Shown: positions 38,155 to 48,798 of the stretch, piece by piece
How positions within the stretch are numbered: position 1 is the stretch's first letter
How the letters are laid out: each line of letters opens with the position of its first letter
Origin: Planctomycetota bacterium
GTDB lineage: Bacteria > Planctomycetota > UBA1135 > UBA2386
Assembly (NCBI GenBank): GCA_965223545.1
Contig: OZ245006.1
Coordinates: 1,472,001 to 1,536,000, forward strand
Direction of reading: 5' to 3'
DNA: 64,000 bases
Position numbers and translations under genes: made by a program
Notes under the pieces: model-generated
What the model was told of the DNA's origin: nothing
Database searches by the model: none
What the model saw: only the letters and a program-made list of their open reading frames with translations

Positions 38155-39444
38155 ATGCGCGGCCACCAGGCTCTGATCACCATCGCCATCCTGGCCGCGC
38201 CCGCGGTGGGCCAAGGCGTCACCCTCGAGCAACTGGCGGACATGGCCCGCAAGCGCTTCGAGGTGCAGCAGGCGCAGCAAGGCGAGCTGCTGGGCCCGTT
38301 CCTCAAGGATCTCGAGCTCGACTACGCGAGGAACCGGGAGTACCTCGAACGCCGGTTCGACGAAGCCGCCGCCCTCGGCGAGACCCTGGTGCCGGGCATG
38401 CTCGAGCGCTTGGTCCCGCGCGAAGAGGGCGAGCGCAGCAGCGTCGTCCTCGCCGAGAACGCCGCCCGCGTCCTGGCGCGGATCGGACCTTCCGGCTTCG
38501 TCGACGATCTGTTGAAGATCGCGCGGGGCTCGACAAGCTACACCGCGCGCCTGCTGGCGATCCGCCTGCTCGGCCAGAGCGGAAGCCGGTCGGCCGGCGA
38601 GGGCCTCGCCGCACTCCTGCCGCGGCTGCGCACCCAACCACTGGCGACCGCGATCGATGGCCTGACCCGGCTGCGCTACGCCGACGTCGGCCCGCGCATC
38701 GCCGAACACTTGACCTCCGACCGGACCGAAGTGCGCGAGGCGGCGCTGCGCTACCTGGCTGCCCTGCGACCGGCGGGTGCGCTCGAGTCGGTGCTCGCCC
38801 AGCTACGCACTTCGCCCGACCGGCGCCAGGTGAAGCTCTATCTCGATTACTTGCGCGCTGCCGCCACCGCCAACGCGGAAGCGGCGACGACCCTGTTGGA
38901 GCTCCTGGCCGACCCGAGCCTCGACACCTTCCAGCGCACCGACGTCTGCCGCACGCTGCAGACCGTGGCGCCGAACGGCCACCGACCGACCATCGACGCC
39001 TGCCGCGCTCTGCTCGAGCAGACCGAGGGCGGCGAGCTCGCCACCGCGTGCGCCCTGACCATGCACGCGCTGGGCGACTCGAAGGGCGTCAGCACGCGAC
39101 TCAACCAGCTCAAGCAGCGCATGGCCCGCGAGCGCCGCGATGCCGAGCCCTTCATCGAGCGCGCCGACCTACTGCTCGCCCTCGAGCGCTGGACCGACGC
39201 GGCGCGCGACTACGAAGAGGCCATCAAGCGCACCCGCAACTTCCAGCTGACCTCCTACCTCAACCTCCAGCTGGCGCGCTGCGAGGCGCACCGCAAGCGC
39301 TGGAGCTTCGTCGTCCGCGCCCTCCGCGAATCCGGCAAGAACCACGCCGCGATCCTCCAGGTCGCCCGCGAAGACCCCGTGTTCGCCGAAGCCCTCCAGC
39401 AATCCCAGGTACGCAGCTACCTCGAGGAGCTCCAAGGCCGCTGA
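38155..39444 (+). CDS. Secreted HEAT/TPR repeat protein
   Basis: Signal peptide (..AVGQ), HEAT-like EVREAALRYL, C-terminal TPR-like helices. Confidence 0.75.
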   Translation: MRGHQALITIAILAAPAVGQGVTLEQLADMARKRFEVQQAQQGELLGPFLKDLELDYARNREYLERRFDEAAALGETLVPGMLERLVPREEGERSSVVLAENAARVLARIGPSGFVDDLLKIARGSTSYTARLLAIRLLGQSGSRSAGEGLAALLPRLRTQPLATAIDGLTRLRYADVGPRIAEHLTSDRTEVREAALRYLAALRPAGALESVLAQLRTSPDRRQVKLYLDYLRAAATANAEAATTLLELLADPSLDTFQRTDVCRTLQTVAPNGHRPTIDACRALLEQTEGGELATACALTMHALGDSKGVSTRLNQLKQRMARERRDAEPFIERADLLLALERWTDAARDYEEAIKRTRNFQLTSYLNLQLARCEAHRKRWSFVVRALRESGKNHAAILQVAREDPVFAEALQQSQVRSYLEELQGR

Positions 39445-39445
39445 C

Positions 39446-39473
39446 GGTACGGAGCCTGGCTCCGTACCATCAC
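39446..39473 (+). repeat. REP-like palindromic element, copy 4
   Basis: GGTACGGAGCC-T-GGCTCCGTACC (perfect 11-bp arms) followed by ATCAC; 1 nt after a stop, between convergent genes. Confidence 0.8.
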
Positions 39474-39484
39474 TTTCCGTCGGG

Positions 39485-41758
39485 TCACAGGCCTACGGTG
39501 GCGTTGACCCGGCCGGTGATCGACACGTTGGGCAGTAGCGCGCACGGCGAGGCCGCGGTGCCGACGACCCACCATTGGAACTGCACCGTGCCGCCGACCA
39601 GGTTGGTGGCGCAGGGGATCGGCACCGATTGCGAGGCGAAACCGCCGGCCATCGGCGTGCTCAGGGTGGCGGCGGGCGGCGTCAAGAGGCACGGCCCGCA
39701 CGGGATCGGCGCGACGGCTCCGTTCAGCACCAGCACTGCCAAGGTCGCCGCTGGATCCGCGCCGCTGACGGTGAAGGAGAACAGCTTGTTGCCGATCGCC
39801 AACGGGCCACCGACTCCGGGGGAACCGGCGCTGCCACAGCCACCACCCAGGGACGCGAAGCCGCCACTGGACCCCACCGCCTCGTAGAGCTGGCCGCGGA
39901 CTTCGCTGTTGAAGGGCGGGATGTTGACCGCTGACGAGAACGAAACAAACGCCCGGTCACCCGTACCGCCCGTCGTCGGTGTCGCACCGCCCGAGATCTG
40001 CGTGCCGATCTCGGGATCGAAGTCGTAGATCAGCCCGGTACACCCGACGCAGTACTCGGGACCGCAGGCGATGCAGGCCGCGGTGTCGAAGCCGCGCGCG
40101 ACGATGTCGTACGCGAACGGTCCACTGCCCACCTGCTCGTCGGCCCACGCCACGAGGTACTTGTGGAACAAGAAGCCCACCGCAGGCGAACGCTCGTCCT
40201 GGCCCGCGTCGGTGGCGATCCCGGTGATCGCCGAGACGTTGCTCAGATTGGCGCCGTTCCAACGCACGACGCGACAGTAGATGTCGCGGGCACTGGCGGC
40301 AGCACCCTCCAGCTGGTGCCAGACGACCGACCAGGAAGACGACCCGTTGCCATCCACATCGGGCTCGCCGGCACCGGGCGCCGCGGCGACCGTGTGGGTG
40401 TTGTCGAGGACCGTCATGTTGCGGTCGACGAGCGCCGCGTTGATGAACTGCCCACTCGACTCCCACGCCACCAGATAGCGCCCTTGGCTGCCACCGTTCT
40501 TGGCGATCGCCGGCTTGCTGTGGGTGACGCCACCGAGGATCGGGACCGATGCAAACGCGATCGGCGCGCCGGCGACTGGCGCATTCACCTGCGCGCCGAA
40601 GATGCCGCCGCCGACTCGCTGCCAGACCACCAACGCCTCGTCGTCGACGCCGCTGCCATCGCTGGCCACATCGGGGTCGACCTCGTCGGCCGCGGTAGCA
40701 GCAATGGTCGCGGTGGGCGAGACCGCCCCGGTCGCGGCATCGACCGTCGAGCAGCGAATGTCCCAGGGCCCTAGAATCGATGCGCCTTCTTGCCACGCCA
40801 CCAAGAACTTGTTGGTGAAGCGCACGTTGCCGACCTTGCAGTTCAGCGTGACGCTGGGGAACGGGAAACCGGAGGGAAGCAAGAACCCACCGAGCAAGGT
40901 ACCGCCGCCGCTGATGCGCTGCGCGTGGGCGTGCACGTTGGTCGCCGACAGCTCGACCTGCCAGACGACGAGGTAGACGTCGTTGTCGGCATCGTAGGCG
41001 ACGTCGGCGTTGATGTCGTCGAAGCCCGAGGCCTCGGCCAAGAAGTCGGTGCCGATCAGCGGGTCGAGCACCAGCGGATAGGCCGCGCTGTCGACGAACG
41101 CCTCCGGCAACACCAGCTCGAGGTGGCGGCCGTCGAACCGGGCACCGCCCGGCACCGAGCGGCCCGCGCCGTCGATCCCCGTGACTCCGCCGATCCGCAC
41201 GCCGCCGAGGCCCGGCGCCGACAGCACCAGGCCGTCCGCCGGCAGCGCACCGCGGTGCTCGGTTTCGAGCTCGGTGTCGAGCGCCAACCGCACGACGAGG
41301 TCACCGCTTCCGCCCAGCGGGCGCGCGAAGTGATAGCTGAGCGCGACGCCATCGGACCGCATCTCGAAGCGCTCGTCGATGCCGGCGCCGTACCCGAACA
41401 CCGCGGTCCCGTCCTCGGCCCGCGGCCGGGGCAGCGGCCCATCGACTGCCAGCCAATCGACATCCGTGCGCCGGATCGACTGCAAGGTGAAGCGCACCGG
41501 CATCGCGCGCGGCGCGCGGCGACCGAGCGCGGGGGTGTACTCGACACCATCGCGACCCAGCACGACGCTGTAGCCGGGGCCACCGCCGACCAGGCGGTCA
41601 CCGAACTCCTGCAGCATCGTGGAGCGGGACGCGATCGCGACCGCATCGCCGGCGAACGACGTCTCCATGTCCTGCGGCGAGTGGAACGCGGGCTGCTGCG
41701 CGAGCGCTGCTGCCGTCGTGGCAACCAGCCCGAAAGCGATATGAGGAATGCTCGACAT
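39485..41758 (-). CDS. Large secreted beta-rich protein (paralog of 41797-44073)
   Basis: Signal peptide; LVGGGPGY..YTPALG; YPLVLDPLIG; repeats such as DVAYD..YLVVW and PDVD..WSVVW; shared C-terminal domain. Confidence 0.8.
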   Translation of the reverse strand: MSSIPHIAFGLVATTAAALAQQPAFHSPQDMETSFAGDAVAIASRSTMLQEFGDRLVGGGPGYSVVLGRDGVEYTPALGRRAPRAMPVRFTLQSIRRTDVDWLAVDGPLPRPRAEDGTAVFGYGAGIDERFEMRSDGVALSYHFARPLGGSGDLVVRLALDTELETEHRGALPADGLVLSAPGLGGVRIGGVTGIDGAGRSVPGGARFDGRHLELVLPEAFVDSAAYPLVLDPLIGTDFLAEASGFDDINADVAYDADNDVYLVVWQVELSATNVHAHAQRISGGGTLLGGFLLPSGFPFPSVTLNCKVGNVRFTNKFLVAWQEGASILGPWDIRCSTVDAATGAVSPTATIAATAADEVDPDVASDGSGVDDEALVVWQRVGGGIFGAQVNAPVAGAPIAFASVPILGGVTHSKPAIAKNGGSQGRYLVAWESSGQFINAALVDRNMTVLDNTHTVAAAPGAGEPDVDGNGSSSWSVVWHQLEGAAASARDIYCRVVRWNGANLSNVSAITGIATDAGQDERSPAVGFLFHKYLVAWADEQVGSGPFAYDIVARGFDTAACIACGPEYCVGCTGLIYDFDPEIGTQISGGATPTTGGTGDRAFVSFSSAVNIPPFNSEVRGQLYEAVGSSGGFASLGGGCGSAGSPGVGGPLAIGNKLFSFTVSGADPAATLAVLVLNGAVAPIPCGPCLLTPPAATLSTPMAGGFASQSVPIPCATNLVGGTVQFQWWVVGTAASPCALLPNVSITGRVNATVGL

Positions 41759-41796
41759 CTCGGTGTCTCCTGTCACTTGGGTAGTGGTGAAAGGCT

Positions 41797-44073
41797 TCAG
41801 GACTGGATCTGCACACTGCCGGCATTCGAGAGGTCGAAGCCAAAACACGAGCTACCGCCGCCGACGAACCACTGGAAGTAGAACACCCGTCCCACCAGGG
41901 ACGAGTTGAACGGGATCGGCAGACCAGCCGAGGCGTCGCCGTTGAAGTCGGTGTTGCCACCGCCGAACACGAACCCGGTGAACGGATCCGGCACGATGGT
42001 GCAGCTGCCGCACGGGATGTCGGCGCGGGTCGCCGACAGCACTGCCCACGCCGGAACATTGGTGTTGGCGTGCTGGATACGCATCGAGAAACCGGAGTTG
42101 CCGATCACGGCACAAGTGCTGGTCGCCGCCCCGCCCGTCCCACAGCCAAAGCCGAGGTCGACGAAGATGCCGTCGTCGCTGCGGAACCGCACCGCGCTGA
42201 GGTCACCGTCACCGGTCGCGGTGTCGGTCTCCTCCCAGACGATCAACGCCCGGTCGTTGGAACCGCCGGCGCTGCTCTCCGCCGCCATCGCGACGAAGTC
42301 GGCATCCCGGGCAGTGATCGCCAGCGCGAACTCGCCCTCGCAATCGGCGCAGGTGAACGGGTCCACCGACTTGACGTAGGCGTCGTAGTTCGGCGACGCG
42401 ACCTCGTCGGTATAGCCGACCAACACCGAGTGTCCCATGTACGCCACCGAGACGTTGCGCTCGTCGTCGTTGAAGCCGCCCTCGATGATGACCTGCGGCC
42501 CGGACAAATAGCCGAAGCCGAGCGAGGGCTGATAGGTGACGCCGACACAGCCGACGTCGTTGTCCCCCGAGCCGGGCGTCACCTCGGTCTCGAAGGCGAC
42601 CACCCAGTTGCGACCGTTGCCATCCACGTCCGGCAGGTCCTCGTCGTTGCCGCCCGAGCTGGTGATCGCGACGAACGAATCGAGGAACACCAAGTTGCGG
42701 TCGACGACCGCGCCGCGGACCGCGGTCTCCGAGAACTCACGATTCCACACGATCAGAAACGTGCCGGTCGGCCCGCCGCCCTTGGCGATCGCCGGCCACG
42801 AGTCGGTGAAGCCGGTCGAGATGGTGGTCTGCCCAAAGACGAACGGGGCGCCCGCGGCCGGAATGGTGAACTGAGCGGCCTCGATCTCACTCGTGGTCAG
42901 GTTCCACCAGACGACGAGCGCGTCGTCGTCGAACGTGGTCGTCTCGCCGCCGACATCGCAGCCGAACTCGAAGTCCGCGCTGCCCGCCACCGTCACCGCG
43001 CTGGACACCGAGCCCCCGGCAGTGACCGACGCGCCGAGGATGTCGCCCCCCTCGTTCCACACCACCGCGAAGCTGTCGCGCAGGTTGACGTTGGCGACGC
43101 GGGGATCGGTGCCGTTGAAGGCCGAGGACCGGACGAGCGTCAGCCCCCCGACGAGCGCTCCCGCGCCACTGACGAGCTGACAGCGAATGCCGGTGGACGG
43201 GCCGGCGAACTCGCGCTCCCAAACCACCAAGTAGACGTCGTTGGTGAGGTCGTAGGCGACGTCCGGATCCTCCTCATCGAACCCCGTCGCCGGCGCGAAC
43301 ACGGCGCCGACCAGGGGGTCGAGCTCGAGCGGCAGCGCTGCGCGGTCGACGAACGCCGCCGGCAACCGCAGCTCGAGGAGATCGCCGGCGAGCGTCATCG
43401 AGCCATCGGCGCGGCGTCCATCGGCGTCGATGCCGACCACCGCACCGATCTCGACGCCGCCGATCCCGCCGAGCTCGTAGCGCACCGAGTCGGGCCGCGC
43501 GTGCGCCAGCGGGAGATCCGTCTGCACCGCCAGCCGCACGACCAAGTCGCCGCCTCCCGGCGGCAACGCGTCGAACAAGAAGCTCTGCTTGACCCCGTCC
43601 GTGCGCACGGCGTAACGCTCGACGACACCCGGCCGCCGGTAGTCGACCACGCCGTCGACGATCGCCGGCTCGGTGCCGGCGGCGTGTCGGGGTCGCCCGT
43701 CTGCGCGTCCGTACGATCGCAGCTCGAACCGCACGTCGTAGCGCTGCGGCGCGCGGCGCCCGAGTGCCGGCGTGTAGGTCACGCCGGCGCGGTCGAAGCC
43801 GACCTCGTAGTCGGGCCCACCGCCGACCAGCGCGCCGTCGAGCCAATGCACCCCGCTGCTGCGCCGCAGGATCGAGCCGACGTCGTCCAGCCGCCCCGGC
43901 ACGCCCGCCGGAGCGGCGTCGCCGTCCCGCGCCGTCGGGCCGAGCACCGGCGGCGGCGCCTGCCACTGTGCGGCTTCGGCCTCGTTGGCCGGGCCGGGGT
44001 CTTGGGACGGAACCGCGGGGGACAGCGCGAGCAGCGCAATCGCCACGCCCGGGAGAGGAGAGCGTCTTCGCAT
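41797..44073 (-). CDS. Large secreted beta-rich protein (paralog of 39485-41758)
   Basis: Signal peptide; LVGGGPDY..YTPALG; LPLELDPLVG; PDVAYD..YLVVW repeats; shared C-terminal domain. Confidence 0.8.
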   Translation of the reverse strand: MRRRSPLPGVAIALLALSPAVPSQDPGPANEAEAAQWQAPPPVLGPTARDGDAAPAGVPGRLDDVGSILRRSSGVHWLDGALVGGGPDYEVGFDRAGVTYTPALGRRAPQRYDVRFELRSYGRADGRPRHAAGTEPAIVDGVVDYRRPGVVERYAVRTDGVKQSFLFDALPPGGGDLVVRLAVQTDLPLAHARPDSVRYELGGIGGVEIGAVVGIDADGRRADGSMTLAGDLLELRLPAAFVDRAALPLELDPLVGAVFAPATGFDEEDPDVAYDLTNDVYLVVWEREFAGPSTGIRCQLVSGAGALVGGLTLVRSSAFNGTDPRVANVNLRDSFAVVWNEGGDILGASVTAGGSVSSAVTVAGSADFEFGCDVGGETTTFDDDALVVWWNLTTSEIEAAQFTIPAAGAPFVFGQTTISTGFTDSWPAIAKGGGPTGTFLIVWNREFSETAVRGAVVDRNLVFLDSFVAITSSGGNDEDLPDVDGNGRNWVVAFETEVTPGSGDNDVGCVGVTYQPSLGFGYLSGPQVIIEGGFNDDERNVSVAYMGHSVLVGYTDEVASPNYDAYVKSVDPFTCADCEGEFALAITARDADFVAMAAESSAGGSNDRALIVWEETDTATGDGDLSAVRFRSDDGIFVDLGFGCGTGGAATSTCAVIGNSGFSMRIQHANTNVPAWAVLSATRADIPCGSCTIVPDPFTGFVFGGGNTDFNGDASAGLPIPFNSSLVGRVFYFQWFVGGGSSCFGFDLSNAGSVQIQS

Positions 44074-44337
44074 GGCAACTCCGAGAACGTCCGAGGTGGA
44101 GCCGGACCGCCACTTCTGGGAAGCCCGGCTCACCCCACATCATGGGCTTCTCACGGGGCGTAGGGGGGGAAACCCGTGCCCGGGACCGGGTGGGCGGATT
44201 CGGAGCCGAGAATGCCACCTGCCCCCCTTGACGCCGCGGGAATCGAGCCGCGGGGCCAGTTTGTTGACCCCGCGCGGGGCCTTGCGCCAAGATGCGCGGC
44301 CCTTTCCTCCGCCGCATTCTCGAGAGAGCTCTCCAAA

Positions 44338-45624
44338 ATGGACGTCACGGTCACCGACTCCGGCCCCTGCCGAAAGACGCTCGCCATCGTGGTCCCGCCC
44401 GCCGAGGTCAAGAACCACGTCAGCCGGGCCTACTCGACCGCCGCCAAGCAAGTGCAGATCAAGGGCTTCCGGCAGGGCAAGGTGCCGCGGGCGGTGCTCG
44501 AGAAGCGGTTCGGCTCGGAGATCCTCAGCGAGGCCAAGATGCAGCTGCTCAACCAGAGCTATCAGGACGCGCTGCGCGAGCACGATCTGACCCCGCTCGG
44601 TGAGCCGGACGTCGAGGGCATCGACGACGGCGCGCTCGACGAGGGCCAGCCGCTGCAGTTCACCGTGCACATCGACGTGCGGCCCGAGTTCGAGATCGGC
44701 GAGGTGAAGGGCATCGAGGTCCGGCGCGGCGAGGAAGACGTGACCGACGAGGACGTCGAAAACGCCCTGGCGCAGCTGGCGGCCGAGAAGCGCACGCTGA
44801 AGCCGGTCGAGGGCGCGGTCGAGGACGGCGACTTCGTCAAGATGGACCTGCTCTACAAGAACGCCGCCGGCGAGCCCGTGCACGAGCGCAAGGAAGCCCG
44901 GCTCAACACCAACATCCCGATCGCGGGCACCGACGCCCAGGCGTTCCAGGAGCGGCTGCGCGGCGCCGAGCAGGGTCAGCAGCTGGAGGTCGAGATCGAG
45001 TTCCCCGACAGCTTCGAGGTCGAAGCGGTGCGCGGCGAGAAGGGCACCGTCGACATGACCCTGCAGGAGGTGCTGCGGGTGACCCCGGCGCCGATCGACG
45101 ACACCCTGGCCGAGGCCTACGACTTCGAGACCCTCGACGCGCTCAAAACGGACCTGCGGGAGCGGCTGGGCATCGAGAAGAAGCGGTCCAACCGCCACCG
45201 CCAGGAGGAGGACGTCTTCACCACCCTGATCCAGACCAACCCGTTCGACCTGCCCGGGCAGATGGTCGAGGACCAGGCCAAGCACGCCCTGGCGCAGTTC
45301 AAGAAGCGCATGGAGGACGCCAAGCTGCCGGCGGAAGAGATCGAGCAGCGCGTCGAGCAGGCCCAGGACGAGGCCCGCGAGGACGCCGAGCGACGGGTGC
45401 GGTTGTTCTTCCTGCTCGGCAAGGTCGCCGAGAAGCACAAGATCTTCGTCACCGAGACCGACGTCGACGTTGAACTCAAGCGGATCGCGGCCGACAACAA
45501 CGTCTCGGTGGACCAAGTCCGCGATCACTACGAATCACACAAGATGCTGCCCGACCTACGGCAGGCGCTGCGCGAGGCCAAGGTGCGCGATTTCCTCAGA
45601 GAGAACGCCACTCTGACCGATTAA
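44338..45624 (+). CDS. tig: Trigger factor
   Basis: [10 protein letters not shown] ribosome-binding motif, FKBP-like domain; upstream of clpP-clpX. Confidence 0.96.
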   Translation: MDVTVTDSGPCRKTLAIVVPPAEVKNHVSRAYSTAAKQVQIKGFRQGKVPRAVLEKRFGSEILSEAKMQLLNQSYQDALREHDLTPLGEPDVEGIDDGALDEGQPLQFTVHIDVRPEFEIGEVKGIEVRRGEEDVTDEDVENALAQLAAEKRTLKPVEGAVEDGDFVKMDLLYKNAAGEPVHERKEARLNTNIPIAGTDAQAFQERLRGAEQGQQLEVEIEFPDSFEVEAVRGEKGTVDMTLQEVLRVTPAPIDDTLAEAYDFETLDALKTDLRERLGIEKKRSNRHRQEEDVFTTLIQTNPFDLPGQMVEDQAKHALAQFKKRMEDAKLPAEEIEQRVEQAQDEAREDAERRVRLFFLLGKVAEKHKIFVTETDVDVELKRIAADNNVSVDQVRDHYESHKMLPDLRQALREAKVRDFLRENATLTD

Positions 45625-45629
45625 CCACC

Positions 45630-46259
45630 ATGATCCCTCACCCCCCTTCGGGGCCGATTCGCATGAATCCGATCAGCCAATACATGCCGTACGTGGTCGA
45701 GAAGACCGGCCGTGCGGAGCGCACCTACGACATCTACAGCCGCCTGCTCGAGGACCGCATCGTCTTCCTCGGCACCGAAATCAACGATGTCGTCGCCAAC
45801 ACGGTGATCGCCCAGCTGCTGTTCTTGCAGAAAGAGAACCGCAACCAGGACATCAACCTGTTCATCAACAGTCCCGGCGGCAGCGTCACGGCGGGCCTCG
45901 CGATCTACGACACGATCCAGTTCGTGCAATGCCCGGTGGCGACCTACTGCATCGGTCAGGCCGCGTCGATGGGCGCGGTGCTGCTGGCGGCGGGCTCGGC
46001 CGGCAAGCGCCACGCGCTGCCGCACTCGCGCATCATGATCCACCAGCCCTGGGGCGGCGTGCGCGGCACGGCGGCGGACATCGAGATCCAGGCGGAGGAG
46101 ATCCTGCGCCTCAAGGAGACCCTGAGCAACCTGCTGGCCAAGCACTGCAAGCGGGAGACGGCGCAGATCGCCAAGGACAGCGATCGGGACTTCTTCCTAA
46201 GCGCGAGCGAAGCCAAGGACTATGGCTTGATCGACGAGATCGTCGAGACCACGAAATAG
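45630..46259 (+). CDS. clpP: ATP-dependent Clp protease proteolytic subunit
   Basis: [32 protein letters not shown]. Alternative ATG at 45663. Confidence 0.97.
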   Translation: MIPHPPSGPIRMNPISQYMPYVVEKTGRAERTYDIYSRLLEDRIVFLGTEINDVVANTVIAQLLFLQKENRNQDINLFINSPGGSVTAGLAIYDTIQFVQCPVATYCIGQAASMGAVLLAAGSAGKRHALPHSRIMIHQPWGGVRGTAADIEIQAEEILRLKETLSNLLAKHCKRETAQIAKDSDRDFFLSASEAKDYGLIDEIVETTK

Positions 46260-46388
46260 AGGGTCGCGTCCCTCGCACCGGCGACTCCGTTACGATGGGG
46301 ACTCCGCTATGATGGGGCGCGGCGCGGCGGCCGGGTGAGGATCATCACCCGCCCCGAATCCGCACTCCCCCCCACAACAGCAAGCAAG

Positions 46389-47695
<1,307 letters not shown>

Positions 47696-47699
<4 letters not shown>

Positions 47700-48739
47700 G
47701 CGCGGCGCGCGGCGCTCTGACCGAACTCGACGACGACGGCCTGCGCGCAACGGTCGAGCGGCACGGCGGCAAGCCGTTCCAGGCACGCCAGCTGGCGCAC
47801 TGGATCTATCGTCACGGCGCGCGCGACGCGGCCGAGTGCCGCAACCTGCCGCGGGCGCTCGCCGAAGCCGTGCTCGCCGAGACCCCGGTGCGCAGCACCA
47901 CCGTGCGCACCGTCCAGCGCGGCGCCGACGACACCGAGAAGATGCTGATCGGCTTGGCCGACGGCGACGCCGTCGAGGCCGTGCTGATCCCCGAGGGCGA
48001 GCGCAACACCCTGTGCGTCTCGTCGCAGGTCGGCTGCCCGGTGGCGTGCGTGTTCTGCGCCTCGGGTCTGGGTGGCGTGCGCCGCAACCTGAGCACCGGC
48101 GAGATCGTCGAGCAGGTCCTGCACGCGCTGGACCGGCTGCGGGCGGCCGACCGCCGGCTGACCAACGTCGTGGTGATGGGCATGGGCGAGCCGTTGCTCA
48201 ACCTCGACGCGCTGCTGCCCGCCCTGCTGCGGATCACCGACCCCCAAGGCGTCGGCCTCGGCGCGCGTCGGATCACGGTGAGTACCTCCGGCTACCCGGA
48301 TCGCATTGCCAAGCTCGCGGCGTGCGCGCAGCAGTTCGGCCTCGCGGTGTCGCTGCATGCCGCCGACGACCGCCTGCGCAAGCGGCTCGTACCAACCGCC
48401 AAGAGCCCGGTCTCGGCACTGGTCGGCGCGGCGAGGGCGTACGCCGCGGCCAACAACCGCGAAGTCACCTTCGAAGTCGTGCTGCTGGCCGGCGTCAACG
48501 ACAGCGAGCGCGACGCGCGCGCTTTGGTCACGGCGCTGCGCGGGGTGCGCTGCACGGTCAACCTGATCCCCTGGAATCCGGTCGACGCGATCCCCGACCT
48601 GCGCCGCCCCTCGCCGCAGCGGGTCGAGGCGTTCCGCGCCCATCTCGAGCGGGGCGGCCTCAAGACGACGACGCGGCGACAGCGCGGCGCCGACCGCGAT
48701 GCCGCGTGCGGCCAGCTGCGGCTGCGCGAGGCGCACTAA
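47696..48739 (+). CDS. rlmN: Radical SAM RNA methyltransferase RlmN
   Basis: [34 protein letters not shown]. Confidence 0.95.
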
Positions 48740-48798
48740 CGCGTTTCGGTCGGCGTGCGCTCTTTGTGACGCGCCGGTCGGCGGGATAGCCTGCCCAG

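Noticed and set aside
16044..39473. Palindromic ~30-bp repeats as a possible CRISPR array
   Set aside because: The copies are kilobases apart with no spacer periodicity, and no cas genes are present.
44080..44337. Possible tRNA upstream of tig (a common location)
   Set aside because: No cloverleaf or TTCRA T-loop is recognisable. Only a weak promoter-like TTGACC-N18-CAAGAT is seen.
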